DNA of 64,000 nt. Source: Eukaryota sp. TZLM1-RC (taxonomy: Eukaryota; Protista; Metamonada: BaSk clade). The position numbers were made by a program, and so were the translations under genes. Shown here piece by piece: positions 10,703 through 23,000 of this stretch. The DNA lies in NCBI GenBank assembly GCA_040285825.1, contig JAUPSS010000007.1, forward strand, positions 1,202,501 through 1,266,500. Reading direction: 5' to 3'. Below the pieces are notes generated by a model. It was not told where the DNA came from. It saw nothing but the letters and a program-made list of their open reading frames with translations, and made no database searches. Each line of letters starts with the position of its first letter. Within the stretch, counting starts at the first letter, position 1.

Positions 10703-11010
10703 ATGTCAACAACGAATCCTTCTACTACCATTCCTCTGGCACGAGTCAGGCGAATAGCCAAAGCTGATCCAGACACTAATAACATATCCAAACCAGCACT
10801 TGCAGTACTCTCCCACATTGCTGTTTGTTGATACATTGCAAGTACTCATTACAGGTTTTATTTACAGAAACACTAACCAAGGAATCATACAAGTTCTGTG
10901 AACAGTCTAACAGGAAAACACTGCAGTATGGAGATGTAGCTCAAGCCTGTCATGAGATTGATCAGTTTGATTTTCTGGAAGAGGTGGTGCCCAAAACCAA
11001 GACAGCCTAA
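10703..11010 (+). CDS. H2A-like histone-fold protein (POLE4/DPB3, CHRAC1 or NF-YC type), 91 aa, two exons 10703-10822 and 10855-11010
   Basis: IPLARVRRIAKADPD...ISKPAL joins in frame to LFTETLTKESY...RKTLQYGDVAQACHEIDQFDFLEEVVP after removing the 32-nt GTTTGT...ACTCATTACAG intron. Confidence 0.88.
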
Positions 11011-11207
11011 CCTTTAACCCTAAAGATAGTCTAACGTGCATTTGCTTGGTTTTGTTCGTGGTTGATCCATTTCTTCCTCAGCTACTTTGTTTTTGGTTTT
11101 TGGTTTTATTGTAGGATTTTTGATAGGGTTTTTAATCCTTTGAAATGAATCAATTGCTTAAATTAAGTTTATTAAATAACATATGTACAACAAAAAAAGG
11201 AATATAA

Positions 11208-11280
11208 AAAATCAAATCAAATTAAATCAAATTAAATTAAATCAAATTAAATTAAATTAAATCAAATTAAATCAAATTGA
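11208..11280. repeat. (AAATY)n pentanucleotide microsatellite
   Basis: Run of aaatc/aaatt units overlapping the 3' end of the 441-aa gene. Confidence 0.8.
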
Positions 11281-12592
11281 TTGGGTTATGAGTATGATGA
11301 TCACTTTTACCAACAAAAAACTCATTTTTTGTGTTTCCTTTTTTAGAAACAACAAAATCACTACCAATACAAAGACAATCAGGGTCAAATTGATTGCAAA
11401 ACTCAGTCAATTTTGACATTTTGGAACTCTGATATTTGGAATTTTCTATAACTCTACTGGTGGCATGACAAACTTTGGAAGAGCTATCAAATTTTAAATC
11501 ATTATTTAATATTTCCATCAAAGCAACTCTCGACTCTTCAATCAGAAAGGGGTCAACAAAGCTATCAAAATGATTAGTTTCCGCATGTTGTGTAACTAAA
11601 AATAGAACACATAATGTTGTTGATTTCAGTGTCAAACAAGATAGCTTACATTTAATTCTAGAATTTCCAAAACATTTAAATTGAGAAATGTCTCTATTTG
11701 GAATAGCTAAATAATTCTCGACTGCGGTTAAAAACTCCTCATAAACGTCATCAAAGGTTGACGATTGCTCGATAACGGAAGGTGCCACGTGGAGGTCAGA
11801 AAAACGTTGACTAACCACATCGGATGGTATATAACAATCAATCAAATTCGAAGAAATTGATGACGTCATTTGATTGACCTGGAATGCTAATAAAGTGTAA
11901 TATACCACTCTAAGCATCTCTTCCGGACATTGATAACAAATCACTTTTCCACCAGTTACTACTACTGACCCAAGCGGTATGACGGGTGGAGGGTTTGATC
12001 TAAGTCTCCATTGTTGGACCAGTTTGACTAGAGAAAGGTTGATGGAAGAAGAGAGGGTCGTGGGAGGAGAAGAGATAGGAACAAGTGATGGGAGACCAGA
12101 TGTAACGAAAGAAGGAATAAGAAGCGAAACAGAGTCGAGGAGAGTGGTATAAGGGGCATAAAACTGCTGAGGGAGAGAAAGAGTTGAAGGAAGACATCCA
12201 ACTACAGAATCAGCTACATAAATGAATGTAGAGAGAAGAGAAGATGCGACGGATGACGAGACAGATGAGTGAACACCCAAGCAGAGCACAATAGTGGACG
12301 ATAAACATTGAATGGCAAGGGTGAATGGTGTGCATGCTAAAGTAAAGGAGGGGTTAGAGTTTGGGTGAGACTTGGAGAGGGAAGAGTCAATGGTTAGTCT
12401 AGGTAGTGCAATGACTATTCTCGATAACTTGGAAAAATCTATGTTTTGGTTGGATGAAGCAAGGTCGTTACTAATGTAATTATAGACAATGGACTCGTCA
12501 AGGCTATCACAAGGTGAATTGACGGCATCAGTGTTATTAACTGCTAATACAAAATAAGAAGTTTCTGTAAAAGAACATGATTCAGTTGACAT
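11267..12592 (-). CDS. Hypothetical 441-aa protein, possibly a longin-domain protein of the Intu/CCZ1/HPS4 type
   Basis: Long uninterrupted ORF. N-terminal YFVL...ESIVYNY and central PLGSVVVTGGKVICYQCPEE resemble tri-longin GEF subunits. The functional call is weak. Confidence 0.6.
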   Translation of the reverse strand: MSTESCSFTETSYFVLAVNNTDAVNSPCDSLDESIVYNYISNDLASSNQNIDFSKLSRIVIALPRLTIDSSLSKSHPNSNPSFTLACTPFTLAIQCLSSTIVLCLGVHSSVSSSVASSLLSTFIYVADSVVGCLPSTLSLPQQFYAPYTTLLDSVSLLIPSFVTSGLPSLVPISSPPTTLSSSINLSLVKLVQQWRLRSNPPPVIPLGSVVVTGGKVICYQCPEEMLRVVYYTLLAFQVNQMTSSISSNLIDCYIPSDVVSQRFSDLHVAPSVIEQSSTFDDVYEEFLTAVENYLAIPNRDISQFKCFGNSRIKCKLSCLTLKSTTLCVLFLVTQHAETNHFDSFVDPFLIEESRVALMEILNNDLKFDSSSKVCHATSRVIENSKYQSSKMSKLTEFCNQFDPDCLCIGSDFVVSKKGNTKNEFFVGKSDHHTHNPINLI

Positions 12593-13499
12593 CAGCTAGA
12601 AGCACAATGAATGTCAAGCAGTAGTGACACGCTCAGATTATGGGTTTAGAAGGTCCAAGTTGGAAGATGGAAAAGAACTGTGTTATATCCAGTGTTCAGA
12701 ATTTTGACTTCACGGTGGCACATAGTGGTGTATTTTTTAGCCTATAAAAGCTGTTACCTTCTGACATTGTCAAATCATTATGAATAAAACATGTTTATTT
12801 TTACAAACTAATACTAATCCCACAAAGAACAACGCATTTCAGATCATATCATTCCTCCTCAATGTCCTCCGAAACATAAAGATTTCTGAAATAACAAGGA
12901 TCGTATAGGACTTCCTCGTCCAGTGGATAATCTACTTCTTGGTCCTGCTCGTTGACTGCCTCTGCAATTTCCTCCATCTCTTCCATCATTTTCAGTATTT
13001 CAGCATTCATCCATATGAATAAAAGTCACATATGGCATGTATGCGTCCTCTCGGATATTCCACTTCATCATAAGCATTATTAGGGGAAATGTATTCAAAT
13101 ACAGGGTGTTTCCTACCAGGCCATGGTATTGGAAACAAAGAAAGGAGAAAGGAATTGAAATTTTTGAAATGAAATTGACCACCAAGAAAACCACCATATT
13201 GACACCAACCACCACGTGGTCCACATGGTGGTAAAATTGAACCACGTGGTGGTGTCCGAACACTGGTCATATCTTTGAATAGAAGTGTTCCAAATGTTCA
13301 ACTGAACGTATGCCCAACTGGGTTACTAACTTCGGGCTAGATCAAGAACTTTAATAATGAGAGTGAAGCTCCTATAACTGCAACTTCTTTTCCTGAAATA
13401 CCTTTTTATCTGCTACACCATTGTTTTTTGTTCATTTTTAATTTATTACTTTCGAAAAAATAAACACAAAATTTTTTTTAATTTAATTTTATTCAAAAC

Positions 13500-13990
13500 C
13501 TATAAATCAACATCAAAAAAATCCATCTCTCCCAAAACAAAAACACTAGATGCAGCTCTCTCATAGTGAGATCCAAGAGAAAGCAAAGCATCAGAAACCA
13601 TCTTCAACATCCTCTTAAAAATAGAAAACACAATTCTATTTTGCCAAAACAATCTGTTGAAATTTCTGCCAGTTCTTCTCTTTACAATCATTTCAAAATC
13701 ATCCAAAAAACGTAAAGCAGTTTGTGCAAGTGAACCAAAAAGGGAAAATACAAATGGATACAAATTGTATTTTGCATGCTGTAGACTGGCCAATTTGGAC
13801 AAAGGCTCATTGTATTTTTTGAATTTAAAATTTTCAGCATTTGAAAGGGGATTATGAATTTCAGAATTAACAAGCCTTTCATTTGAGGCATTACAAGGAT
13901 CAACAGACATTACATCCAATAAAATGATGCTTCCATCTAATCCAGGTAATATGACATCACCTCTATTATTCTTATGAAAATCATTTTCAG
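13500..13990 (-). mobile_element. CRE-type retrotransposon 3' fragment (RLE); same family as 60330-61273
   Basis: RGDVILPGLDG, KFKKY, YPFVFSLFG and FWQNRIVFSIFK, followed by an A-rich tail. Confidence 0.85.
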
Positions 13991-15189
13991 CACAAAATTA
14001 TAAAGTCTTAATCTTCATATCCCAAATCAGCCAACAGAAATTGACTGGAAGTTTTTCCTTCATCAATGCGACCAAGAGATAATGAAGCAGAAGAGAGAGA
14101 CATAACATTGAATAGGTTTTATAAAAATAAATTAATAAATAAGTAAATGAAACAATTGTCGAATATCTATAGCTGCACTGTTTTTGTCAAATTTGAAGGA
14201 GTGTATTTGAATTTCAGTAGTAAATAAAGCGCCGTTTGTTTCTAAGGATGTGAAATGCTGATGTCAAACACAACAATGGAAAACATAAATGGACAATCTG
14301 TTTGTGATTTATTCCTTGCTGAAATTATGACAATATGGTGCTAGGTTGTGATGTGGGCAATTAGTCTAGAATGGACACCACTAGTGATGTCTCTTATAAA
14401 GGCCAGTCAAATTAAATAAACACCCAATTATTCTTTATTCTGTCGTAGCATGACACGTGAAGCATCGGTTAACAATTATGGTTAGAGGAATGATTCTGCT
14501 TAACGCAAAGAACAATGCAAATCAGTGGAAGTGAGCTCCTTAAGAAGACCACAACAGAAATTAGATTGTTTTTATTTTTCTTAAGAGATTTTTTTAATGT
14601 GAATAGTATGAGTCTGTGGACGTTGCAATGCTTATTTTGGAAAATTATATCTTTTTGATTTAAAAAAGGTGTGTTTTTCAAGTATTTTGTGAGGAATTCA
14701 TGTTTAATATTTATCAAACAATTCCGTGCATTCAATTTATTCAAAATCAAAAAGAGCAAAAAATAGCCGGCAAGCTCATTGGTTTTCCAAAGATATGAAA
14801 GACGAACAGTTTTCGATACAATTACGGACACATCGTCCAAAAAGAATCTCCAAAATCAAAATAATTAACAAACAAAAATATTTTTAGCAAATTGGGTTTT
14901 GCCAATTAATAGCAGTTTTTTAGAAAATGAGCGGGAAAAACTCAGCTTGAGTAATCTTCAGTAATTTCGCGCCAAAGAAAACTAGAAGACGAACAACTAA
15001 AATTGATTATATCTAATAATTTAAATTTTATTTTTAATATATGTGAGTGGAAAGTTAATGCATATGTGGAGAAATGTGTGTTGACCTTCCTCCCACGTAT
15101 ACACACTAAAACTCAACATTTTTTCAGCATTTTTTTATGTTAAAGCATTTACATCAGCAATGTAACTTTTCTGCAAAACAAAACTCACT

Positions 15190-16310
15190 GCTCCAGGAAT
15201 GTTGAAAAGTCACTTATTTTCTTCCGCAAATTTGGTTGGTATTGGATTTACTAAATCTTCAATTTTGTGTCAATCAGCATTCTTGGGTGGTGGCAAAAAA
15301 ATTTATTTATGAATTTGCTCGTAGATTTCCTGATGATGACTTTTTCTTTATTTAAACAAAAACAAAAATGTTAAAAACTAAAAATCTATTTCCTCAAACT
15401 CCACATTTACCATTGACAATTTACCTGCAGCATTTTCTCCAAGAAATCTTCCTAGTGTGAACAACGAGCTAGAAACTAGGCTATGGTTCCCTTTAAAAAT
15501 AGAAAATACAATTTTATTTTGCCAAAAAGTTCGGTCAAATATTTTTCCAGATCTGTTTTTGACATTAGATGAAAAATCGTCCAAGAAAGGTAATGCGGTT
15601 TTACCCAAGGTTCCCCAAAGATGGTGCCAATTTTTCATTTGAGCTGTTTGATACATCAGTAGATCTGACGTCAATAATAATCATTGATCCATTAAGACCG
15701 GGAACTGACACATCAGCGTGGCTATCACAAAAGAATTTTTGTCAGCTTCATGAGCCAATTTTGAAAGCAAAGGTTCCAAAAGGGATTCGATCTTGTAAGA
15801 TTTAAAAGTACAATAGAGCTGATCACGGACTGCATCATGCACTTTTGATCTAAAAGTAATAAAACGATTACAATTAAATAAATGGGTTGGAGTGAAACAC
15901 TTTCCACATTTACAAATTAAACCATGAACAACATTATCAGGCCAAATAATAGATGGAAGACGCATAGATAACAAAAAGCAAGGGTCATTGAGAAACAAAC
16001 CATGAACTCTTGGTACTTGATTAATCAAACAAGAGGCAGAACTATCACAAACATCCAGTAAAAAATTTGCATAAGCAAGAATTCTTCTTCTTGGCCATGC
16101 CAGGACGTACCTCATATCCAGGCATTCAAATATCACTGTCAGTTTTTGTTGAAACTTCTTTACACATTATCTTAAAATAAATAAATCACAGGGAGGAATC
16201 TCCTGAACCAAATCGAAAAAACATGGACTCCAAGTTACTGAAAAACGGACTGTTTGGTTTTATTAATTTTGAGTCCTAATTCATGAAGTAGATAGACAGG
16301 TTCACAAGTT
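15190..16310. mobile_element. Composite CRE remnants: plus-strand internal piece (15190-15340) facing a minus-strand 3' fragment (15378-16310)
   Basis: The plus piece matches 41970-42110. The minus piece encodes LICKCGKCFTPTHLFNC, HDAVRDQL and FWQNKIVFSIFK with frameshifts. Confidence 0.8.
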
Positions 16311-17338
16311 GTAATGAATATGATCACAGATTAAGAAAATTGTGCAAAACAACAGATAATCCTTATAGGCCTGTGTAGTCAATGCCAAAGAGTAAAACAA
16401 ATTGGAATAATAGCCAATCAATGCTTCAATGCCGTCATTTTTAATCATTATGATTGCTGATGAAGTAACATTTGAGTCAGGCCACACACACATTCCAATG
16501 ATTTTCACATTAGATAATTTTCGTTATGTTTCAAATCCAGTTGGATATTTGGATGAAAGTACTGAATATTGTGATTTGGTTATTTATAAAATTATTGAAA
16601 ATTCTTCCAATTCTTTCCTTTACAAATACATTGTAATCCTCAAGCCAATCTTGAGCAACCTAGAGTACCCTGACCTAGAGATCCGAGCAAAGAAAAAACA
16701 AAAGGACATTTATTATTTTGGGCATCAAAATTTTGAATACACCCGACAGCTTATTGTGGATGAACAAACTTCATCAGGGTTACTGGAGTGATTTTACTTT
16801 AAGATTTATCATGCTCAAGCAATATACTTGATTCATTATGCACCACACAAGATAAGTACAATAATCACATTTATTAAAATGAAAATCATCTAAAACATCT
16901 TCAAAATAGAATCTAAGGATCATTCATTGTCATTCTTGATGTCAGTACCCAGTCTATGAGGACCATTGCACCTTTCAATGTCATCAATCTGTTCATCTGA
17001 AGATTCAAGATCCTATTCACATATCAAATTCCGTTCGACAGAAGGAAGTGAGGTCATGGAAATGAAAAGTTGATGGGTGTTTTGTGGAGAGAATATGTGA
17101 AGTAAATGAAGAAGACTGAGTCAGGTTCCAGAATTGATTAAGTGTAAATCAATATAAAGATCCTTACTCTACATTTAGGTAAACCTATAAGAAACTTCTG
17201 TGACTCCTGGTGTTGAGTTGATCAAGTGTTGTTCAGTAGTAATCTATTATTGCAACAAACAAGTGATGTCATTTCCAAACAATAGGATATCTCTTTCATC
17301 ATCAGGTCTCACCTACATGTGCCAATAATGGACTTACA

Positions 17339-18040
17339 ATGACCTACACCGTTTGCATTCCACTATCTATTATACTTCTTATCAGTATCATCTTTGTGTT
17401 TTTAGTTTTGCTTTTCGTTTGCATTCAATGTCTCAAGTGTCGACCAAATAACACCCAATTGCACGTACAAGAAGCGATTCCTGCTGATGACCACCAATCA
17501 TCATCCCCTCTTTATTACCAACCACAACAGTTTCAGATCAACAACCAGTCCAATAACAATAACGAGCTGGATAACCTACCGTTACCAAGTGTGGGTTCTC
17601 TCGTAGATGCTCCTCTTAGTCCTGTTGATCATAGGAAGTCAAGAGAAGTCAAGGAAAGTCAAAGTGCCGAGATTTCACTTAAGCTACCAATAGATACCAA
17701 AGGTCATAGGAGACATTGGTCTTCGCTATCAGCTGAAATAACCCATCTCAGATGTCCACCCACTCCTTCTATACTGTCATCACCATTCAAAAGGAGAATG
17801 GCGAAGGATCTTGTTGTACCAGAAGAACTAGTTTGTCCTATTTCTCTTGAGGTACCCGTTGAGCCAGTCATACTGATAGGAGACGGGAACATTTATGAAA
17901 GAAAAGTCATTGAAGATTGGTTGAAGAACAGCTTAACTTCGCCTATAACAGGCCTGGAACTACATGATTCTAGCATAGTTACTTCATATCCGATCAGGAA
18001 TTTGTGCTATGAATGGAGAAAAAGGCTAGAAAAGAAGTAG
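17339..18040 (+). CDS. Membrane-anchored U-box E3 ubiquitin ligase
   Basis: N-terminal hydrophobic segment followed by a Cys/basic motif. C-terminal U-box VPEELVCPISLEVPVEPV..GDGNIYERKVIEDWL..SLTSPITG. Confidence 0.9.
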   Translation: MTYTVCIPLSIILLISIIFVFLVLLFVCIQCLKCRPNNTQLHVQEAIPADDHQSSSPLYYQPQQFQINNQSNNNNELDNLPLPSVGSLVDAPLSPVDHRKSREVKESQSAEISLKLPIDTKGHRRHWSSLSAEITHLRCPPTPSILSSPFKRRMAKDLVVPEELVCPISLEVPVEPVILIGDGNIYERKVIEDWLKNSLTSPITGLELHDSSIVTSYPIRNLCYEWRKRLEKK

Positions 18041-18259
18041 AAATAAATCACATTTTATTGTAAACCATGCTGAAGTTAAACCTTTAGTTTGTGTTTCTAT
18101 CACAGCAACTTTGAAAATTTGGTAATTGTCCAAACCGTTTTTGACAATCAAAAAACTAATAAACCCTAATAAATCTCAAAAAAACAACTTGGTGAAAAAT
18201 CAAAAAACACTAAAAAATACGTTAAAAGCAACAAGAAATTGTGATTGCTCAGTCAAAAC

Positions 18260-18688
18260 TTACTCTAAGCAGACACGATTTCTCCTTGAAAATTGCTTGT
18301 AAACATCACAACTCAAAGTGAACAATTCTTGATTCCGTAAGCTTTCCTTATGTGTGTCAGAAGCATCAAGTATGGAATCTATCCAAGACTCCATTACCTT
18401 CTGGGTGGGTGCGGCGAGGTGGAAAACACGGTCTACTGTGAGGATAGAGAAATGGTGGTTACCATCCTCCATGACGCCTTTCACATGCACTGTAGCTCTG
18501 CGTAAAGGGATTCGTCCGACTGGTCTATTGTATTGAGCAGCCCCCTTGCAGTAATAAAGATAGTTTTCTCCTGAAGGATCTAGCTTAAGAGCAAAAAAGC
18601 GCTCTTTGAAAGAAGTATTCATGCGTCCTCTTTTGACAAGAAAGCCAGCCTTCTCCGGACAAAGATGTCCCAGTGTTGGAAAGGCCAT
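18260..18688 (-). CDS. PH-domain protein (~142 aa; likely start MAFPT)
   Basis: KAGFLVKRG, FKERFFAL, LYYCK, PVGRIPL, RVFHLAA and MESWIDSI match the PH consensus. Confidence 0.88.
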   Translation of the reverse strand: MAFPTLGHLCPEKAGFLVKRGRMNTSFKERFFALKLDPSGENYLYYCKGAAQYNRPVGRIPLRRATVHVKGVMEDGNHHFSILTVDRVFHLAAPTQKVMESWIDSILDASDTHKESLRNQELFTLSCDVYKQFSRRNRVCLE

Positions 18689-19479
18689 GGTAGAGTCGGA
18701 CGCTTTACTGAAAGAATATGCTACCGATTGAATTGTTAAAAGCTTTGTTAAAGTCAGGGCAGAGCAGGAGTTGCCCTTGGAAAGCCTGAATTTAAATGAA
18801 GATAGAATAAAGAATATCATTAACAATACTGTGCCAAACTGTTGACAAAATTCATTGTCTAACCTAGGCTGGATATTCATTTGGGGTCAGAAGCTTGTGT
18901 ATTAAGGTGTGAATGAGGTCACTGAGGAACCAACTCTCTATTTATATTTGTTGTCAAATGAACCTGACTGGAGTTATAACTGGTTCTAGTAGTTGTGCAT
19001 GCTTCTTTAGTCGACAAACAAATGTGATTATCATCCAGAGTTTTTGTAAACACATTCTGCAGATTTACTGTCAGTAAAAGCGTTATTTACATCATCATCT
19101 TTTTGAAAAGAAGTATGATGGAATCTACATTCAGAACAAAAATGAAGCAACTATATAAAGGAACCAGACATAAAAGATCATTTGTTTTGAAAAAAGCTAA
19201 CCATTCACTCTCCAGTACTGTACTTGACTTCAATTTACTTGAATTAAAATCATTTCACAAAAAGCAACCATACAAAGGTTTGTGGGACAAAGATTGTTTA
19301 ATATTTTAATTATTGTGGAAAACTCCTTACTTGACTTGGAATGAGTCGGCCGATCTAATTAAACTTATGCAGGAAAAAAAGAGAGTTTGATTGTTTGCAA
19401 AAATTGTGTTGTTTGTTTAATTGAGTATGATTTAAATAAAACAAAAAAATTTTGGGGCGTTTTTGTATTATTTTATTCA

Positions 19480-19972
19480 TTCAACAAGAAATATGAAAAC
19501 ATAAAACACAATTAAAACTCCACATCCTCAAAACCTGTCTCCCCTACATCAAAACAATTAATTGCTAAAGATTCAGAAAATTTTCCAAAAGAAGAGAGTG
19601 AATCAGAAATTAGTTTTACAATTCCCTTAAAAATAAAAAATACAATTCTGTTTTGCCAGTAAACACGATTGAAAATTCTTCCAGTTCTTTCCATTACAAC
19701 TACAACAAAATCCTCAAGGAAAGCCATAGCAGCCTTACCTAGAGATCCAAGCAAAGAAAAAAGAAAGGGACATAAATTATATTGGGCATGAGAATTTTCA
19801 TTAATCGAGGAAATGGGTTTCGCATATTTAGCAATTTTATATTTTTCGCCTGCAAGAAGAGGATTATTTACATCCGAGTAAATGAGATGCTCGTTAGAAG
19901 AGTTACAAAGGTCAATAGACATGGTGTCTAAAATAGTAAAACTACCATTTAAACCGGGAACAACTAGATCAA
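19480..19972 (-). mobile_element. CRE-type 3' fragment (RLE); same family as 58700-59392
   Basis: DLVVPGLNG, KIAKY, PFLFSLLG and YWQNRIVF; near-identical to 58726-59180. Confidence 0.85.
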
Positions 19973-20051
19973 ACAAATTTTTTTTTGGTTTAGGTGTATT
20001 TGTAATTCTGATTCTTTATCCTAAAGAATTATTTCCAATCACCATCAATCA

Positions 20052-23000
20052 ATGTTTGATCGTTTTCGAAACTCATCCTTTGTAGAGGAGGCCTTTTATG
20101 CAGATGATCGCCTTGCTGTCATTGAGAGGACCTTTGAACCAAACTCTCTCGATTACATCTTTTGGAAAGTAATCCATCTCCAATCGACCACCGAGGACTT
20201 TACTCTTGAAGAACAGAAGCTACTCAAGTCTCTGTCACTCCAAAATGATTACATTTCAGACCAACTACTACTTCGTAGACTCTTTTCTGATTTTCCCAAC
20301 CTTTCCCCTGAAAATCGTGCCCGTCTTTTTCTATTTCTCCACACCAACTTCCCCTCAACTCCTGATTTTCGTGCCCATACCAAGCCCTCTTCCAGGATGA
20401 CCAACCGTCTCGGATCTTCTCCCGATCAGCCCCCTCCACCTCCTTCCACTCTACTTAGTGATCACGCTGGTAGTTCGGCTGCTTTTGATGTAGAAGATGA
20501 ACTTAGGAAAGTACTTGAGAATAATTATTTTTCTCAACTCAATATCTCAGCATTTGAATTTGTTTTTTCCAATTTGGGAAACAAAGACCAACTGAAATCT
20601 TTCTTTCATCATATTCGTAATTCTTTTCCAAACCTAGTTTACTTCAAGAATCCATCCTCTTTTGTGAAGTCTTTTTTCAAAATTTCCAATTCTTCTTTTA
20701 CAAAATCCATTGGAGATCAGCTTGCCTTATCAGAAATGAAAACACTTTCATTGTTTTCTCTGTCAAGCGACTATGCTTCTGTAATAATCAAATGCTATAT
20801 TGATAAGATTAAACCAAAATTTTCAAACCCCTCTGAAATATTTGAATTTTATCAAGATTTGTTAAAGTTTGTTGATAATTGCAAAGATTCGTTTGTTTTA
20901 TGCAAGGAATATTTGTCCTACCTTTCGTTTTTAATTGAAACTGACAAATCAATAATTAATGCTAAATTGCTGAACAAAATTACCAAATATTTCGCCAACA
21001 GTAGCTGTGGATCAATCAAAAGAGCTCATGATGATGTGATTATTGACCCTTATGATGTGATTGATGAGGGTTTAATAACTTTGTTTTCCCAGCCCAATCC
21101 TCCCAGCCCTTACGATTTTGGAAAATATCAATCAGAATCTTATAGACTTGATCTCTTCGTGTCAACACGACTGTCCAAAAATTTGGAAGTTAAGGCTAAA
21201 TTTTTGGAAAAAGTGTCAAAAGAGTTGCTCAGTCAATCAACTTCTGCTGTTGTTTGTAGATTCTCACGCGATACTCTACGTCATTTTGACCTATCGGAAG
21301 CTGTGAAGCTCAAAATTGAAGTTCAAAATTCTACCTGTTTAATCAATGTTTACGAGGTCGATTTACCTAATTTCTATTTGTTCAATGATACTGACCTCTC
21401 GACAGCAATCAAAACTGATGGATTGATTCCCTCCTGGTCAAAATTTCTCGAGAAGTCGAGTAATCAATTTTTGGAAGAGCAAGTGATTGAGATCCCCAAC
21501 TCAAATCAACGTTGTTGTCTGGTTGCTGACGTGGTTGGTCAAACTCAGTCAAGCAGAGTGATTATTTGGAAAGGAAACCTATCAATTTTCACTTTCGAAA
21601 CAGCTGATGGTCTTTACGTGTCTGTTTTGGATGAAAATGAATCAATCATTTCTGATTGTGATTTGATTGTTTATTGTGATGGAGAGATTGTCCAATCTAC
21701 TCTTCCAGGACTATTCCTGCTTCCACATCCCCATAGACAGCTTGAGTCCAAAATTGTTGCAGTTTATAATGGTTTTGCGACTAGAGTAAAAGTTGTGCGA
21801 AAAGACTTACTATTGAGTTGCGAATTGAATGTTGTTTCGGATCAAGAGCAGTTGATTCCTGACACAACAGCCAAAATTTTGGTGATCCCTTTTGTGCAGC
21901 TCAATAATTCGTATTTTGATCCCTCCAACCTTTTAAACCCATCTGTTATTGTAACAACTACCACTTTCCAAGGCATTTCAAAGAGATTTACCACCGATGT
22001 CAGTCAAAATCAGAGCTTTCTTCATGAATTTTTGGTACCCAAAGGTCTACAGTCGATAACTGTAGAGTTTACAGCTCAGTATAAGCATGAGACAGCCAAT
22101 CAGGTGAAGAATGTCAACTCCCAAAAAACAATAAATGTCAATGTTCCAAAAGATCATGGAATGGTCAATATTTCAATGCGGCAGGAAGACAAGACTAAAT
22201 TTTTATTTTATTTCAGAGGTAAAGCTGGTGAGCCTTTGTGTCGTCGAAGAGTTTCGTTTGAGCTCTGTTATAGATCTACGTCGTCACGCTCAAATTTTGA
22301 ACTTTTTACTGATGGAAAAGGTATAGTAAATGTCACTTGTACTGGAGTAACGAAAATTAAAGCTCAACTGGACTCTTTTTCCCAAATATTCTACTTGTCA
22401 AAGGGAGAAACTATTTGTAATTTTGTTTTTAAACCAGGAAAGTTTTCCCTTCCACTTCAGAGTAGCAAAGAAAACTACAGTCACTGTAGGCTAGTCGAGA
22501 CTGTAGATTTTAGGGGATCAATTGTCAAAAATTTACTCCAATCACCCAAAATTTTGGGAAGTCAGTGCGGACCTGGCTACGTTGAGCTTGATTTGAAGCC
22601 TGGATGTTACAAATTTTCAGCTGTGTCCAATTTGAGCTCTTCTGATAGCATTGTTGTTTACAATATACTCATTTTACCATCAGTGATCTCTTCTCGAGAT
22701 CATCAATTATTTGATTCAAATTTTGGCTCTTTGAGAATGCTGAATCAGGTAAGTCAATTTCACAAACCATTGCCTGTACTAAAGAATATTCAACATGGAG
22801 AAGGTAAACTTGAAGTAGAGATCATCGGCAGCTCATCTTCAAATATTCAGATCTTCGCTGTGGCATCTTCGTTTTTTTCTAATTCATACCCATCATTTCA
22901 GCCAAATGGAAGCCAATCAATCAAAAATCAATCAATTTATGGAGAGCAATCAAAATTGATTGGACCAGTGTCAAGAGTCGAATCGGAAGAGCTCTTGTAC

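Larger units (their letters stand above)
5050..11092 (+). repeat. Arm 1 of a ~6-kb inverted segmental duplication (partner 29281-38128)
   Basis: Colinear near-identity with the reverse complement of 29281-38128 across Fanzor, DJ-1, the CRE fragment and the histone-fold gene. Homology starts at taaaaatttattacctg (5050 = 38128) and ends at gctactttgttt (11092 = 29281). Confidence 0.95.

Noticed and set aside
8324-11010. DJ-1 and the histone-fold gene as functional partners of Fanzor
   Set aside because: They co-occur only because one block was duplicated. Retrotransposon debris separates them from Fanzor, and both are ordinary host genes.
12849-13270. Small Pro/Gly-rich ORF plus an acidic ORF in another frame
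   Set aside because: Possibly a spliced or frameshifted gene, but no recognisable domain or clear splice model.
14000-17300. ORFs 14469-14840, 16302-16508 and 16429-16791
   Set aside because: Short, AT-driven composition and no motifs; not supportable as genes.
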